DNA from: Macrostomum lignano
Taxonomy: Eukaryota
Length of the DNA stretch: 64,000 nt
Assembly (NCBI GenBank): GCA_002269645.1
Contig: NIVC01000647.1
Coordinates: 428,979-492,978, forward strand
Direction: 5' to 3'
Part shown: in pieces, positions 62,279 through 64,000 of the stretch
How the letters are laid out: the number at the start of each line of letters is the position of its first letter
Numbering within the stretch: position 1 is the stretch's first letter
Position numbers and translations under genes: made by a program
Notes under the pieces: model-generated
The model's database searches: none
The model's input: only the letters and a program-made list of their open reading frames with translations
What the model was told of the DNA's origin: nothing

Positions 62279-63289
62279 TATTTAACCCTATGGTGTGTTT
62301 ATTTGTCTTTCAGAGCCTACAGTGATAAAACACTGAGTTTTATTTTTTTTTACTTTCCAGGAAGTTTTAATTAACATTTTCGTAAATAAATAGCCTTTTA
62401 TTTCCTAACTCCATGCTATACTGACTAATGTCCATTGATGTACATAAATTTTCATAAGAAATACTGCTAAAAATGTAAGAAGTAAATAAATTAGTTAATT
62501 ACACCAACTTTTTTAGCTTGCAAGATTTTTTTCTAGCTAGCTGAAAACAATTAGAACTCAAAATTAAGAAGCTTAGGTTCAGCATTCCGGCCAAGTCAAG
62601 CCAAGCCAACGGAAATTACAAACTGTGTCGCAAAGTTGGTTTTTCCTCGCAAATCCTCGAGCAAAGACTCAAAGAGACGGCGGAACAGGCTGGAGAAACA
62701 GTAGCTAAAAATCCAGCAAATTACTCTTGACATTATTGGGCCAGAAATAAATTAGAGGTGCTAGCGAGGAAACGGCACTTGGGAGTCTTTCTGCTTTCTC
62801 TTCTCTACCTCTCTCTCTCTCTCTGCTTCTGCCTCAGCAGAATGCGGATCAGCCTGAAATGCCAATAGGGAATAGAGACAGAGCCTTAGACTTGCGTGTG
62901 CTGAGTAGAACATTGTCTGAAGCTCAAGTCTCCCAAGCTAAAAACCGTCAGCACTAGCTATGGAATTATGAAAGTTGTTAGAAATGATATGAATATTCAT
63001 GAACAATAGCTGGCTAGCTGGCTACTCAAAACTGTCCAGTTGAGACCCCTGTTTATCTGTAATCAATTCTGCATCGACTGACTGAACAGCTCAAAACAAT
63101 GCATCGAAATCGTAATTAGGTAAATTGAGACTAAGTTGATTTCGCTAGCTAAAAACAGACCCCTTCCATTCTTTCCTCAGATTACTTTATCAAACGTGGA
63201 ATTTAAAAGTGCAGGTAGCTGCTCATTTCACACGAAAATCGACATTCGTGTCTAAAACCAAAAGTCTTAAAACTGCTGTAATATGAAGT

Positions 63290-63619
<330 letters not shown>

Positions 63620-63640
63620 TACATCTAAAGCATTAATTCA

Positions 63641-63955
63641 GGGGGCAGAGCAGCTCAAACCTGTCTGACTCTCGCACCAGGGCCCCTGGTTCGATTCCCT
63701 GCGCGGCCACACTCATTTGGGGCTTGTGTGCACGAAAATTGGCCTTGGGGTTGTTTTGCGATTCGCAGCCATGAGTGCCAACCCCCAAGGCACAGAGAGT
63801 GTACATGCGTGATGATTAGAAAGTGAGGGCCGCTGTGCACCCTGTGTGAGCGTACAGTATTGGCGCTCCTGCATGTGCTCAGGAGGAGTCAGCGAATGGG
63901 CAGAATAATGTTGCCGAAGATGTTGCACCAGGGCGCCCCACATCCGTCCTTCGAA
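63641..63955 (+). mobile_element. Probable second tRNA-derived SINE (head degenerate, extent uncertain)
   Basis: B-box GGTTCGATTCC at 63688-63698 in a tRNA-like context (ctgactctcgcaccaggg...). No intact cloverleaf and no TSD found. Confidence 0.4.
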
Positions 63956-64000
63956 TATTTATATTAAGGTACTTCACTAAAGACACAAAAGCCCCACCAG

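Noticed and set aside
63641-63710. Functional tRNA gene
   Set aside because: The B-box is present but the acceptor and D stems do not pair, so it is treated as a SINE head.

Overview
Metazoan genomic DNA with GT-AG introns, GC-rich exons and a very high load of micro/minisatellites. The style and the channel genes fit a free-living flatworm such as Macrostomum, but that is inference. From left to right: a 5'-truncated TatD-fold ORF that has lost nearly all metal ligands; the first two coding exons of an IP3 receptor (minus strand, continuing out of the window); a complete whirlin gene (HHD-PDZ1-PDZ2-HHD-PDZ3, minus strand, 6437-20667) whose introns hold satellites and a 4-kb CCC...GGG DNA transposon, and which has two alternative exons for the ligand-binding half of PDZ3; a roughly 5-kb almost CpG-free block; an ankyrin pseudogene, a low-complexity two-exon gene and two paralogous ITIM-bearing orphan exons; a telomere-like array split by a hAT-type MITE; two large satellites (27 bp and 33 bp); and tRNA-derived SINEs. 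The main finding is at 47476-59588: three tandem intronless 'variable' exons of an anion-selective Cys-loop channel (extracellular domain through M2) all end at the same phase-2 'LP-R|GT' donor, but the window holds only one 'constant' M3-M4 exon. This is a protocadherin/UGT1A-like clustered architecture that I do not know from any ligand-gated ion channel gene. All exon structures were deduced by eye from homology and splice phase; no expression data were available.
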